Shown here piece by piece: positions 23,601 through 33,057 of a stretch of 33,057 bases of DNA. The first letter of the stretch is position 1. Every line of letters begins with the position of its first letter. Source of the stretch: Priapulus caudatus (taxonomy: Eukaryota); contig NW_014577091.1 in assembly GCF_000485595.1 (NCBI RefSeq), positions 363,568 through 396,624 of the forward strand, given 5' to 3'. The position numbers were made by a program, and so were the translations under genes. Under the pieces are notes generated by a model. That model ran no database searches and had not been told where the DNA came from. It saw nothing but the letters and a program-made list of their open reading frames with translations.

Positions 23601-25771
23601 ATGCCTTAAACTTTTCCTGCTGATATGTAATTTAGTAAAGCAATGTAGCTAGAACACCTCAGCAATCATATCCAGTCAACCCTGTACATAAGGATCACTC
23701 AGTGGTTACAACGGATGGTGAACGTGTCTTTTGTGATTTCACTGTATAGCTGTTATTAAAGGGAAACATCAATACCATACTATAACCAAACATACGTTCT
23801 ACAGAAGTAGCTGCTAATACAGGTTGGGTGTAGTAGCCAGCGGCATGCAAGCATCTGCTCATTATGTTCACGTTTTAAAAATAACACACTTACTAGAAAT
23901 TGGAATATGCGCACGAACGAAGCTACACTGGCAGACACATGCATACTGCCCCTCACCAACCTGCAGCTATAGCCATCTTCCTGGCTTCCACTTTGTCTCC
24001 CATCTTCTGCACGATATCAGGTGTAGGTCCAATGAAATTGAGTCCTGCATCAACGCAGGCCTGGGCAAATTCGGAACGCTCTGATAAGAAGCCATAGCCC
24101 GGGTGAATGGAATCCACATTGTTGTCCTGAACAAGGCAAGAGAACAACCACACGTTATTATTTTGTTAGTAGAATTAATTTCGTTAGCTTTAGGATCGCT
24201 ATAATTATCTTCTCTTACGAAGTTCTAGTTTAAATACCGTAAAGACGTACTATAGTTTATACAAAGATAGTTTCAACAGTAGTGACACTGCATTACTGAA
24301 ACTTACATAACAACCCTTGCCACTTTCATGAGACCCTCTAATTACACACTAAAAAATCACAATCAATTAACCCTGCCTTATTTCACAATAATTGTGATGC
24401 ATGAACGTGTGCAAAGGTATTCATTACCAGTAAAGATGATAGGGTTTTATTAATTGGCCATGATTTATAAAAAATACTGCATATGTACACGGACTGAATC
24501 GAACAGAGATGGACCTAGCTTGCCTGAACTTATAATAACCCTGTTTTTTTTTTTACAAAAACGGTTAACATAAATACAGCGCAGTTCCGCAAGCACGGCA
24601 ACATCATCATCTTAGTGCATTTACACTCTATGCACATTAATAAAGGCCCACAAATCACAGCAGCTCCACTGCAAAGCAAAAAACTCAGCGATAAGACTCG
24701 AGTAGGCTTGGCCACCTATGATAACAATAGCAAACTTGCCTTGAAAAAAATGGTTAAACTTTGAATCCAACGTTTACATGGGATGAGAACTTGAGAGTGC
24801 ATCATGAAAGTCAAAGATGGTCTTACCATATATCTGATCCTATCATCAGATGTTTGCCTTACAGATACCATTTGCTAGGGGCATTACATAGAGCATAAGG
24901 TATAGATAACATCATGGATGACACTGAACTGTTGAAATTTGCAGTGACAGATAATTTGGAATAGAAAACAGTTCAGTCGGCCTAAAATTGTACTCTACGC
25001 TTTACAGCTGTATAGCTTAAAAAAGGTAGATTTACGTTTAACACTGCCACCATACATATATAAGGGCTAGGATGCGACTGTCAGAGCCAGTAAACACCCA
25101 GGGCTGTCTGTCGTAAACAAGGCTAGGCTGCATGTAACAGTGTTGTAGGTCTCGAGGCCGGTTTCTTTGGACTCGGCTTCGGCCTTGGCCTCAGAGTGCA
25201 ATGACTCGGACTTGGACTCGGGTTGAGGCTGGCTCGAGGCAACTACATAGTACATAACTGTACATATTGTAAACTAAAACTCCTACCTAATACAAACAAG
25301 TGACAGATCCAGGGGCAGGAAACACCCACCATTTTTAAACAAACACATACATAGAAGTGAGCGGCCTTGTCGGTCTGTGCCCCCCTTTTTGAAAATCAAA
25401 ACTGGACTCGGACTCGGACTCGGACTCGGACTCGGGTGGCGTGGACTCGACTACAACACTGGCATGTAATCTCGTATGAATAGATAACGGCATGATACCT
25501 CCATATGTCTCGACAGCAGTTTGCAGCAGAAGTGCGTGAAAACCAACACAAGATACGAATACAGAAAAAGAGTAGGTCCATCATTCTGATAGGCATGTCT
25601 ATTTCTCCACTGCACATGCTATTGCAGTAGAGTGAACTCCTGATTGACCTTTTGCAGTTATCCTTGAACTTCATATACATCTCTACAATTCATATCCCTT
25701 TTTAATTCCATCTAGTCGTATGCCGAGTATTAATTATGTCTTTAGTCAGTTTAGTGTATAATGATTGTCTA

Positions 25772-25808
<37 letters not shown>

Positions 25809-28263
25809 TACCATCTGAACGCGGCCTGGTTGCCGAGAACACATTTCCAAGTATCCAAGTATTTTATTACCCTATTACCCTACATTGAGTGCATAATGCA
25901 ATCCAAGCAGAAGAATTATCAATTTTATATGGGGTCATAAGAGTAAATTAAGTGCCTCGTGCACAGAGAACAACACTGAGAAGTAGTTGTGAGTTGGTGC
26001 GACCTGAACTCGAACTAGCCGTAACAGTCCTAGGGTCATTACACTGAGCTATATCGCTCGAAACCTATTACCCAAATCAAATCAAGATAAAGTGCATTGC
26101 TTGACAATACAACAGCAGTGATCAAATTGTTACTTAAACCCAGACCCCTTCAGCTTAAAATAATGAGTGCTAGCCCTACAGCTACCATCTATATTTTGGC
26201 TAATTGACTGTCACTCTATCGTTTTCCTATACTCACCAGAGCTATCTGTATAATCTCCGGTATGTTTAGGTAGGCAGCTACGGGTTCCAACCCTTTTCCT
26301 ATTAGGTAGGATTCATTTGCCTTCTGTCGGTGCATCTTGTACCTATCCTGCTCGGAGTATATCGCCACCGAGCGTATATTCAGCTCCTGACATGCTCGGA
26401 ACACTCTGACCGCAATCTCCCCTAGCAAATAGAATACAATTATTGAATGATTAAACGACTGTTCAATTGAACAATTAATCGATCAATTGAACGTTTGAAT
26501 GATTAAACGACTTCAATTAAACAATCAATCGATCAATTGAACGTTTGAATTTTGACACATTCCATAGTGATGGCATTCTACCAGTAATGAGAACATGAAT
26601 TTAACAGATATGTGAATCAGCGATGTCGATAAAAAGCAAGCTCATAGCGAGAGATATTGTCTTGCATTTGCTACCAAATGCAGACCTGCAGACTTTCCTC
26701 ACACATGACTTTAGAAACAAGTGCCGCTGAGCGACACGGGCACGAAGCGCTCATCTAACGTCTACTGCGGTGACGTCTGTGTGGAAGTGCGTGGGATTCA
26801 TAGTAAACGCCTGTTAGTCCCAAATTTGTTCAACATACGCGCCAAAACAGTGGAAGAAACACAGGGATGGTATCAGGAACGCTTCTCGAAGGAATGTTCG
26901 TTGGGATCGGTTATGAAGTCTGCCACGAGAATGGCACTACATTTAAGTGTCTAAATTAAAGATGGAAGCTCCCATTGTTACGTAGTAGCAACAACTATGT
27001 TGATAGACAGAATAGGTAAGCCCTCATTCCCATTACCTATGCAAGCCTACGAGGGCTGAAATAGTAGAGCTGCCACCTGTAACTAAATGTAACAGCAGAG
27101 CAGAAACACACAGTACATATCACCGAACCACAATGCACTGGCAGCGCGCACGGCAAGTGGCATAAGTTACATGTAACTCACTGACAAGGTAAGAATGGCA
27201 ATAGAAATTATACGATTTAAAGGAGCATAACGACCCTTCCTTCAACGCCAAATTTAGCTTTTGGAGAATTTCAACTGTGAGCATTGTTAGCCTCATACAT
27301 CCAGCATGTATTAATTCTAACTAGGCAAACGCCGGCAGTCAAATCTTTCCTAACAGTAAAACAAATCCAAAGTTCATACCTGCCTCTTGAGGTCAAAAGG
27401 TTATCAGACACTTACTCTTCGCATGTCAGCGGACAAGTACATTTGCATGGTTCCTTTTAATAAAGGCATAAAAATGGTAGGTGCACCGCTGAAGACAAAA
27501 AGTTTTTAATCGCTTGCCGTCAGACATGTCCTCAGAAAATGGCTAAAATCAGCCCTGTGCCCATTGACGCTTTGACGCTGTGACGCTCCAATTTCTGCAC
27601 AGTGATGGCTTTTCCGACCATGATGCTATACACCGACTATCACGAGCCTATGTCGAGCCGTTTAGATTTGTGCCGCAATTTTGCATTTCCTCCCTATACC
27701 TTAAGGTAAGGAGGGAATGTTCCCCCTTCTTTTACACTTCTTGACCTTTGACCTTTGACCCCCAAATTGGTCATCCTGAGTCCTTTTCACGATACCCCCC
27801 GACGTCCTGAATATCGTGACCGTACGTCGAGCGGTTAAGATTTGTGCCCAACTATTGACGAACGGACGGACGGATGGACGGACGATCATGCGATTCTACA
27901 AGCTGCATCTGACTACGTCAGATGAGCTAAAAATTATATTTATATTACAGTTACAGTTACAGAAAAAAACTTGTCTAAATTTGATTACAGTCATGCACAA
28001 GAGTACAATATTCGATATAGTGCAATTCACATTATTTATATGTGAAAGGAAGTAAATTATAGATTACCTCTATTTGCTACCAGAAGTTTCTTTATTGGTC
28101 TTTCTTTCACATTCGGGTCGGTCGCACATGTCGTCTGCTTACACGCCAGAAGCTGGTATGGCAACCGGTATCCAAGCAATCGGCCATTGCCTGGCAATAT
28201 TTGTGCCAGGTGGGCAGTGCCGGCCATGCTTAGTTCAACCACTCGAGTGCGTAACCTCAACAT
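8536..28263 (-). CDS. PC: Pyruvate carboxylase, mitochondrial-type, complete, 22 coding exons, 1203 aa
   Basis: Spliced ORF carries biotin carboxylase motifs ([48 protein letters not shown]), carboxyltransferase motifs ([38 protein letters not shown]) and the biotinyl motif SAMKME; exon lengths sum to 3612 nt with all phases compatible; in-frame TAG 9 codons upstream of the ATG. Confidence 0.97.
8908..9009 (-). CDS. PC: PC coding exon 21
   Basis: ttttag|LISHHPKA...[19 protein letters not shown]|gtgagt. Confidence 0.93.
9180..9320 (-). CDS. PC: PC coding exon 20
   Basis: atgcag|VEIETGKTL...[12 protein letters not shown]...AQK|gttggc. Confidence 0.93.
9627..9728 (-). CDS. PC: PC coding exon 19
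   Basis: tttcag|VLDDYKNF...[19 protein letters not shown]|gtaagt. Confidence 0.93.
10184..10940. mobile_element. Non-autonomous TIR element (hAT- or P-like), host of a nested insertion
   Basis: Perfect TIR cagacctgccaacc / ggttggcaggtctg; flanks cagaagg (10177-10183) and cagaaag (10941-10947). Confidence 0.8.
10232..10716. mobile_element. Mutator-like MITE with about 85-bp TIRs and 9-bp TSD, nested
   Basis: Arms gacgtggatatt...gttcatgttg (10233-10318) and caacatgaac...aatatccacgtc (10631-10715); TSD tttcttttc at 10223-10231 and 10717-10725. Confidence 0.85.
11119..11268 (-). CDS. PC: PC coding exon 18
   Basis: gcgtag|[13 protein letters not shown]...[10 protein letters not shown]|gtgtgt. 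Confidence 0.93.
11596..11775 (-). CDS. PC: PC coding exon 17
   Basis: gacag|[18 protein letters not shown]...[10 protein letters not shown]|gtacga. Confidence 0.95.
12035..12640. mobile_element. PIF/Harbinger-like MITE rich in (ATGATTA) motifs
   Basis: Ends gggttcacgatgcgtaattaa / ttaatcacgctccgtgaaaccggccc flanked by ctg on both sides; internal inverted repeat aaatcactaatcatgattaac...cccgtaatta (about 12145-12176 vs 12568-12600). Confidence 0.7.
12890..13134 (-). CDS. PC: PC coding exon 16
   Basis: ccccag|GC IDLKKV...YWEQAR..YAPFEC...[10 protein letters not shown]...LLGDVIK|gttcgc. Confidence 0.95.
13120..13317. repeat. Tandem repeat (76-79 bp, about 2.5 copies) spanning the exon 16 acceptor
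   Basis: Units start tcttcaggtcgatgc (13120), tcttctgatcgatgc (13196), tcttcaggttgatgc (13275), each followed by a G-run and gagg(t/c)cacgcaa. Confidence 0.85.
14013..14262 (-). CDS. PC: PC coding exon 15
   Basis: tcgcag|DMAGVMKP...[10 protein letters not shown]...[13 protein letters not shown]...DT G|gtaacg. Confidence 0.95.
14277..14737 (+). mobile_element. 5'-truncated RTE-clade-like LINE fragment with (AGT)n tail
   Basis: Frameshifted translation [13 protein letters not shown]...[31 protein letters not shown]...[18 protein letters not shown] resembles the post-RT C-terminus of RTE-type LINEs; tail 14708-14736; 17-bp TSD-like repeat at 14260-14276 / 14738-14754. Confidence 0.88.
15102..15235 (-). 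CDS. PC: PC coding exon 14
   Basis: tccag|[15 protein letters not shown]...KYTLDYY...GTHILAIK|gtgagc. Confidence 0.95.
15396..15502 (-). CDS. PC: PC coding exon 13
   Basis: ctag|[25 protein letters not shown]...AGKA G|gtgagt. Confidence 0.95.
15860..16016 (-). CDS. PC: PC coding exon 12
   Basis: gatag|[20 protein letters not shown]...[24 protein letters not shown]|gtgagt. Confidence 0.95.
16079..16450. mobile_element. Probable truncated Harbinger-like MITE with repeated gcacattgccgaacatt motif
   Basis: Starts taa|gcctggcgcacattgccgaacatt; motif recurs near 16153, 16323 and 16400; matching right TIR not found. Confidence 0.5.
16749..16973 (-). CDS. PC: PC coding exon 11
   Basis: ttgtag|GA VPPPKG...[21 protein letters not shown]...LENWG G|gtaggt. 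Confidence 0.95.
17255..17492 (-). CDS. PC: PC coding exon 10
   Basis: cttcag|[12 protein letters not shown]...FIDEHPELF...NRAQRLL.YLG...VNGP...PGQ C|gtaagc. Confidence 0.94.
18066..18248 (-). CDS. PC: PC coding exon 9
   Basis: ttgtag|[13 protein letters not shown]...[11 protein letters not shown]...EFRIRGIK|gtgagc. Confidence 0.95.
18237..18494. repeat. Tandem repeat (69-77 bp, about 3.6 copies) spanning the exon 9 acceptor
   Basis: tgtgcgg(a/t)acacc(t/c)acaagcaag starts at 18237, 18306, 18383 and 18452. Confidence 0.9.
18649..18811 (-). CDS. PC: PC coding exon 8
   Basis: ttgcag|[17 protein letters not shown]...[23 protein letters not shown]|gtagcg. Confidence 0.95.
20000..20545. repeat. 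33-bp minisatellite (ggtaaatgtggagctatactgaggtaggaagga) with degenerate G-rich extension
   Basis: About 7 well-conserved units in 20301-20520, decaying gtaaaggtgg/gtagg variants to the left. Confidence 0.9.
20591..20754 (-). CDS. PC: PC coding exon 7
   Basis: ttgcag|[12 protein letters not shown]...[10 protein letters not shown]...[21 protein letters not shown]|gtgagc. Confidence 0.95.
20785..20973. mobile_element. Intact MITE with 16-bp perfect TIR and 5-bp TSD
   Basis: caggggcgtgtacagg / cctgtacacgcccctg; ggtcg at 20780-20784 and 20974-20978. Confidence 0.88.
21388..21494 (-). CDS. PC: PC coding exon 6
   Basis: tattag|[37 protein letters not shown]|gtaggt. Confidence 0.95.
21685..21802 (-). 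CDS. PC: PC coding exon 5
   Basis: ttgcag|[40 protein letters not shown]|gtgacg. Confidence 0.95.
21998..22667. mobile_element. PIF/Harbinger-like MITE with palindromic ttaactc(t/a/g)gagttaa arrays
   Basis: Perfect terminal inverted repeat ctggacccggttccacagtcgtggattaact / agttaatccacgactgtggaaccgggtccag; many subterminal taactcNgagtta palindromes in both arms. Confidence 0.88.
23264..23409 (-). CDS. PC: PC coding exon 4
   Basis: cttag|[13 protein letters not shown]...[22 protein letters not shown]|gtagag. Confidence 0.95.
23961..24126 (-). CDS. PC: PC coding exon 3
   Basis: ttcag|[17 protein letters not shown]...[15 protein letters not shown]|gttggt. Confidence 0.95.
25138..25461. mobile_element. 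hAT-type MITE (8-bp TSD) with (GGACTC)n subterminal repeats
   Basis: TIR cagtgttgtag / ctacaacactg; perfect TSD gcatgtaa at 25130-25137 and 25462-25469. Confidence 0.9.
25775..25804. repeat. (TA)n microsatellite
   Basis: Direct reading. Confidence 0.95.
25930..26190 (-). mobile_element. Two degenerate tRNA-derived SINE relics
   Basis: Minus strand shows A-box-like tagctcagtg (about 26042-26051) and B-box-like gttcgagttc (about 26006-26015) followed by a core-like segment (plus strand ttaagtgcctcgtgcacagagaacaacac); a more decayed copy aagtgcattgcttgacaatacaaca follows near 26089. Confidence 0.5.
26237..26421 (-). CDS. PC: PC coding exon 2
   Basis: gctag|[15 protein letters not shown]...[12 protein letters not shown]...[13 protein letters not shown]|gtgagt. 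Confidence 0.95.
26443..26550. repeat. Tandem duplication (50-52 bp, 2 copies) just upstream of exon 2 acceptor
   Basis: ttgaatgattaaacgact...gatcaattgaacgt at 26443 and 26495. Confidence 0.85.
26715..27933 (+). mobile_element. Helentron-associated (HINE/DINE-1/pearl-like) non-autonomous element; 5' limit uncertain
   Basis: 3' structure: tgacctttgacctttgacccc core (about 27742), (GACG)n microsatellite 27857-27884, stem-loop catctgac-tac-gtcagatg within 27901-27928, then A-run; candidate start aaacaag at about 26716. Confidence 0.6.
28068..28263 (-). CDS. PC: PC coding exon 1 (start codon, transit-peptide-like leader)
   Basis: ATG 28263; MLRLRTRVV...[12 protein letters not shown]|gtaatc; exon probably begins at acceptor ttgcag| 28395 with 132 nt of 5' UTR. 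Confidence 0.9.
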
Positions 28264-28474
28264 CGTTGCAATGTGGTCGGCTCTAGTCTATATGATGAGG
28301 TTCGATCCCAGTTGCCGTGGTAAAGAGGCCAGAGCCCGGCGTCAAGGTTGATGCGACTTCCCTCTCTAGTATATCGGTGTACAAGTCTCCCAAGCCTGCA
28401 ATACATACAGGATGAAAGTGTCAATGACACTGTAGCTCACCTTGGGTGTGATAGAAGGGGGAGGGGGGATATAT

Positions 28475-29443
28475 AAAGCAAGAGTATATATGGGAGAACT
28501 CCCATTATATAGCATATCTCCCATTATATACTCTTGATAATGATATATGCATAAGTTTTGATGCGAAAATAAATGTTTCAGATCTATAAAAGTCTGAAAT
28601 CTTGACGAGAGATGGCGCTACGTCTAAATGATGGCCATTTTGGTTTTCGAATATCGCGCAAATAAAAACAATAAAATATTCCAGTCAAATTACTGTAACA
28701 AAGAATCTAAAGCACAATATTACACGTATATAGGTATGATTGTAGAGTTGTTGACCAGCTAGACGAAATAAACGTAATAGGACGTTGTCATCTCTCCCAT
28801 AGGAGTAACAACTGTTTTGGGGCTAGCCTTACACCACCACATAATACCAAAATTTAACAAAATCGAATGAATTTAGATGGCCATTTCCATTTTTGCCAAA
28901 AAGTGGACGTGGCTCGAAAGTAGGTCGACTGGCGTGCTCCAAAATAGGACGTTCAAACCTCTCCCATTGGAGTAACAACTGCATGCAATTTGAAACATGT
29001 GGGTCAAACGGTTCTCGAATTATCGTTGACCGTAGGCAGACACTGAAATGCATAGTAAAATTGCCAAAATCTACCTAATTTGCATAATTAAAAAAAAAAT
29101 AAAAACCTGTGTGATATGTTTTGGGACCAGTCCCCATTCATTCACATATATGATAATGAATAATACCAAAAATGATACCAGAAATGAGCAAAATCCGTTG
29201 AACCTGAACTGACTTATGCCAAAAAGTGGACGTGGCTCGAATGTAGGTAGACTGGCATGCTCCAAAATAGGACGTTCAAACCTCTCCCATGGGAGTAACA
29301 ACTATATGCAATTTGAAACATGTGGGTCAAACGGTTCTTGAGTTATCGTTGACCGTAGCCAAATGTTGACGGACGGACATACGACAGACGACACCCAGTG
29401 GCCATAGCTCATCTTGACGATGTCAAGGCAAGCTAATAAAAAA
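28475..29443 (+). mobile_element. Second Helentron-associated element with internal tandem core repeats
   Basis: 5' hairpin caagagtatat...atatactcttg; ctctcccatNggagtaacaact three times; 142-bp block duplicated at 28894-29035 and 29217-29358; gacggacggac microsatellite; stem-loop cttgac-gat-gtcaag within 29406-29434, then A-run. Confidence 0.7.
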
Positions 29444-29480
29444 CGAGAACTGCAAGCATATTTACACTTCATGAAGACTA

Positions 29481-29923
29481 CAGTAAAAACCCACGTATGG
29501 GAACCTAGTGATTAAGAACCTAGTAGCTGTTAGGCTAAGATTTTCCATTTAGACCCCCTTGACATAAGAACCCGTTTTAGCCTAAAATTTGAAACAGGTT
29601 CTTATTTGATAAAATTCAGTTAACACTTAAAAATTCATAAATCAACTAAAACAAAAAAGAAATAAGATAACCTAGAATAGAGTTTGTATTTGTCTAGATT
29701 GCAGTCATTTAGACATAATTATATGCATATTTTATATAAACAATAAACCGCACCAACATAAAACCAACAACCGCACCAATATTCTACAACCAACAAGCAC
29801 CTTTTTTCTTAAGAACCAATTTAAGAACCTAAATAGCCTAATTTCCCAGTAAACACCAATTATATAAGAACCTTTTTAGGCTAACTTAGAAAAATGCAGG
29901 TTCTTATACGCAGGTTTTTACTG
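29481..29923. mobile_element. Tc1/mariner-pogo-type MITE (TA TSD)
   Basis: ta|cagtaaaaacccacgtatgggaacct ... aggttcttatacgcaggtttttactg|ta; internal taagaacc repeats. Confidence 0.85.
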
Positions 29924-31340
29924 TACTCGCTACTTAGACGCTTTTCATTGTCATGTAATCAATTTCAAACTAAACAGTTTCCTCGCACTTCTGATTAACT
30001 ACATTCTCGTTTATAAAAATCAAGATCAGACTCAGGTCGTAGTATAGTAAGGGGCACGAAGATTGGTGAGGAAAACGACTAATTAGGCCAACCTTGTACA
30101 AAATCTTTCACAAAACGTGGCTTAATGATCATGATGGCTGGCCAGGGTTTTTTGGCCATTATTCAGTTATATGCTCACTAGGTGTACGAAAAAGAAGCGA
30201 AGAGTACGAAAGAGTTTAACTTTTGATCAAGGAAATTGAAGGGATCTCTGCGCTTAAAAAGAAAAGATCCACAACAAACTGATGGTATATCTGATGTCTA
30301 ATTATCAAAACAAAGATAACGATAATGCACAAACAATCACCGGAATGACCTAAACGGAATCTGTATGTTTCTAAAACTCAATTTAAATTTAATTAAAAAT
30401 CGACTTAATTTTCTTGTGGATCATATTGTGTTCACAATAGGTGGGCAATTCTCTAATTTTGGTTATGTATAGCAAAATTTTCGAGGATTCACACCAAGTG
30501 CTGCTGATGACAAACCCATTGAAACCATGGAGTCTGATAGTAATGCAAGGTGCTTTTGGCACCGGACCGACATGAAATTATATTTTGGAATATCCATATC
30601 TATTTACAGCAGGTACTCTCACTGCCATGGAAACGTTCAGAAAGACAATACTAGTTATGACACGCAAAAAAAGTAATCGAAGCTGAGTATGTAAAAATAT
30701 AACACGGATATATAAAGTCAATAAAGTGCTGGTTATTAGGAATCTCGTCTGAGAAGTCCATTCTACATAGCCACCTCCATAGAGAATCTCGTCTCCCATT
30801 GTCTTGCGTTATTTCAAAAGATATGGCAATATCATTACATATTCCTCTTTTTTACGTGGATTTTTAAAATCTTCACTATACAATAGCATGCGTAACGCAA
30901 TACAGCATGGATATACGTGAAGACAATTGAATTAATGAATAAGTATGACTCATATTATGTGAATAAGTAAGATTTTATGACAGCACAAGAGTATGCTCTT
31001 GCTTATTTATGAATATGTTTTTCATATTGCGAGAGCAGTCGTCCTCTGTTTGCTCTGGAGGACTGCCCTCGTGTTTCATATTTGTTCTATTCCACCTAAT
31101 CCTGAACAGCAGGCAAGATAGAAGGCGATGTCATCACGTCTGGTGGAGATGAAATTTGCGTCACAGGTTGATTCGAAATCCCCTGTTTATGTCGGCAATT
31201 GCATCTAAGCTCACCGTTGCTCGTGTCAATCACGTATGATCGACTACTATGCTCCTCAAACTACTCAACGTCGGTTGTTTGTTGGTTCACACTCCAACAC
31301 TGTTTCACACTGTTCATTCAACACTGTTTATTGATTTTTG

Positions 31341-32590
31341 GGTTCTAGGACAAATACTGCCCGGACAATTACCCCCCGGACAATTACCCCTCCGGCCATT
31401 TACCCCCCGGACAAATTTTACCCAGACAATTCACCCACGGACAAATCACCCTCGACAATCACCCCCGACCATTTTAACCTCACTTTGTTGTTTATTATTC
31501 ATTGTTTGACACAGTGATACAGGGAGGAGGTCGAGGAGGAGGGAAAGAAATGTGGTGGAGGAGGGGAGAAGGTGGGGGCGAGAAGGTGGTGGAGGAGGGG
31601 GAGAAGGTGAGGTGGAAGGAGAAGGGAGGGGAGGTAGGAGGAAAGGAGAGGAGAGAAGAGGTGGAGGAGAGGAGGTGGAGGAGAGGGAGAAGGTGGTGGA
31701 GGAGATGGAAAAGGTGGAGGAGGAGAAGAAGAGAAGTGGAGGAAGAGGAGGAGGAGAACGTGGGGAGGTGGTGGAGGATAAGTGGGAGAATGTGGAGAGG
31801 GAGAAGGTGGAGGAGAAGGAGGAAAGGAGAGGAGAGAAGAGGTGGAGGAGAGGAGGTGGAGGGGTGGGAGAACGTGGGGAAGTGGCGGAGGAGGGGGGAG
31901 ATGGCGGAGGGGGAGAAAGTGGAGGAGGAGGAGAGGAGAGGAGGAGAGTTGGAGAGAAAGTGAAGGAGGAGGAGAGGAGGTGGAGGAGAGGGAGAAGGTG
32001 GTGGAAGAAGGGAGGAGGAGGTAGAGAAGGGAGGAGGTAGCGGAGGGCCAGGTGGTGGAGGGGAGAAGGTGGCGGAGGAGGAGAGTAGGTGGAAGAGGGG
32101 GGAGAAGGTGGAGGAGGAAGAGGAGAGAAGGCGGAGGAGGAAGGAGGTAGAGGAGGGCGCCTCTACCTCCTCCTCCCCTCCTCCTCTTCCTCCTCCCTCA
32201 GCCACCACCTGCACCTCCTCTACCTCCTTCTCTCCCCCTCCTACTCCTCCTCCTCCACTACCTTCTCCGTCGTCCTCTATCTCCTCCTCTAAATGTCCGG
32301 GAGGTGATTGTCCGGAGGGGGGTGATTGTCCGGGGGGTAAATGTCCGGGGGTAATTGTCCAGGGGGTAATTGTCCGGAGGTAATTGTCCGGGAGGTAAAT
32401 GTCCGGGGGCGATTGTCCGGGGGGTAAATGTCCGGTGGGTAATTGTCCAGGGGTGATTGTCCGGGGGGCAATTGTCCGGGGGGTAATTGTCCGGGGGGTA
32501 ATTGTCCGGGGATGAATGGCATGGGGGGTAAATGTCTGGGGGATAATTTTCCGGGGGGTGATTGTCCAGGGGGTATTTGTCCTGATACCT
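31341..32590. mobile_element. Foldback-type element: inverted arms of 15-bp repeats (ccggacaattacccc) around a low-complexity centre
   Basis: Left arm about 31341-31472 and right arm about 32290-32590 are reverse complements at unit level; ends ggttctaggacaaatac / gtatttgtcctgatacc; no TSD found. Confidence 0.75.
31521..32289. repeat. Purine-rich (GGA/GGAGA) tract switching to (CCT) tract at about 32160
   Basis: Direct reading; explains the overlapping low-complexity ORFs. Confidence 0.9.
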
Positions 32591-32943
32591 AGTACAATAT
32601 AGACATTTATAGTGAATAGATATATAGCTATATAATACTTGCTATGCACATAAAACTAAAGCTCAGAGTAAAACAGTCGTTATGGAAATCAAAACAATTT
32701 GTAAACATGGACAATTTGTAACCATGGACGTGAGAATGTAGGTGAACATTCTGAGACGCCTAGCACGCGAACCATGGCGTTCAACATGTGTGAGCGTTCA
32801 CACGAATGTAAGAGTTTACTTCAAGATCCACAGAATGGAGTTTGAAAATGAGGGTGAAATTACCAACTAGGTCAGGCTACGGCCTAACCGAAAGGTTAGC
32901 GGCTTGGAGTTAAAGTGTTTTTCGGTAAAGTGGCAAAAAGTAC

Positions 32944-32999
32944 GAGAGAGAGATAGAGAGAGTGAGAGGGAGGGAGGGAGGGGAGGGAGGGAGGGAGGG

Positions 33000-33057
<58 letters not shown>
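32944..33057. repeat. (GA)n/(GGGA)n microsatellite
   Basis: Direct reading at the window edge. Confidence 0.95.

Noticed and set aside
25990..26060. Possible tRNA gene on the minus strand
   Set aside because: A/B-box-like motifs are present but no cloverleaf can be formed; better explained as a SINE head.
912..28263. GNMT-PC adjacency as a functional metabolic gene cluster
   Set aside because: Convergent neighbours with no shared promoter; no evidence of co-regulation or conserved synteny is available from the sequence alone.
31495..32649. 384-aa ORF and overlapping Glu/Arg/Gly- or PPGQL-repeat ORFs
   Set aside because: By-products of a stop-poor purine tract and 15-bp repeats; open in several frames with no domain-like sequence.
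1..33057. (CT)n at the start and (GA)n at the end as giant terminal inverted repeats
   Set aside because: Simple microsatellites, most likely assembly break points; complementarity is trivial.

Overview
Eukaryotic (invertebrate-animal-like) genomic window with two convergent, intron-rich metabolic genes. On +, the last five coding exons of glycine N-methyltransferase (GNMT, 912..3141; its 5' part lies off the left edge). On -, a complete 22-coding-exon pyruvate carboxylase (PC, 8536..28263, 3612 nt CDS = 1203 aa), which I spliced by hand with GT-AG sites and consistent phases throughout. Introns and the intergenic region are packed with non-autonomous transposons: TIR elements with 9-, 8-, 7-, 5-, 3- and 2-bp target duplications, Helentron-type elements, an RTE-like LINE 3' fragment, SINE relics and minisatellites. 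I see no convincing new protein-coding system. The most unusual signals are: (i) three PC splice acceptors (exons 9, 15, 16) have been independently duplicated, once by the target-site duplication of a LINE inserted at the junction; (ii) several TIR elements with unrelated ends carry a central telomere-type TTAGGG tract; (iii) an intronic minisatellite gives a tandem array of let-7 seed matches on the PC sense strand; (iv) strong exon-to-exon GC/CpG mosaicism in PC. All coordinates were read by eye; family assignments are from recall, not database searches.
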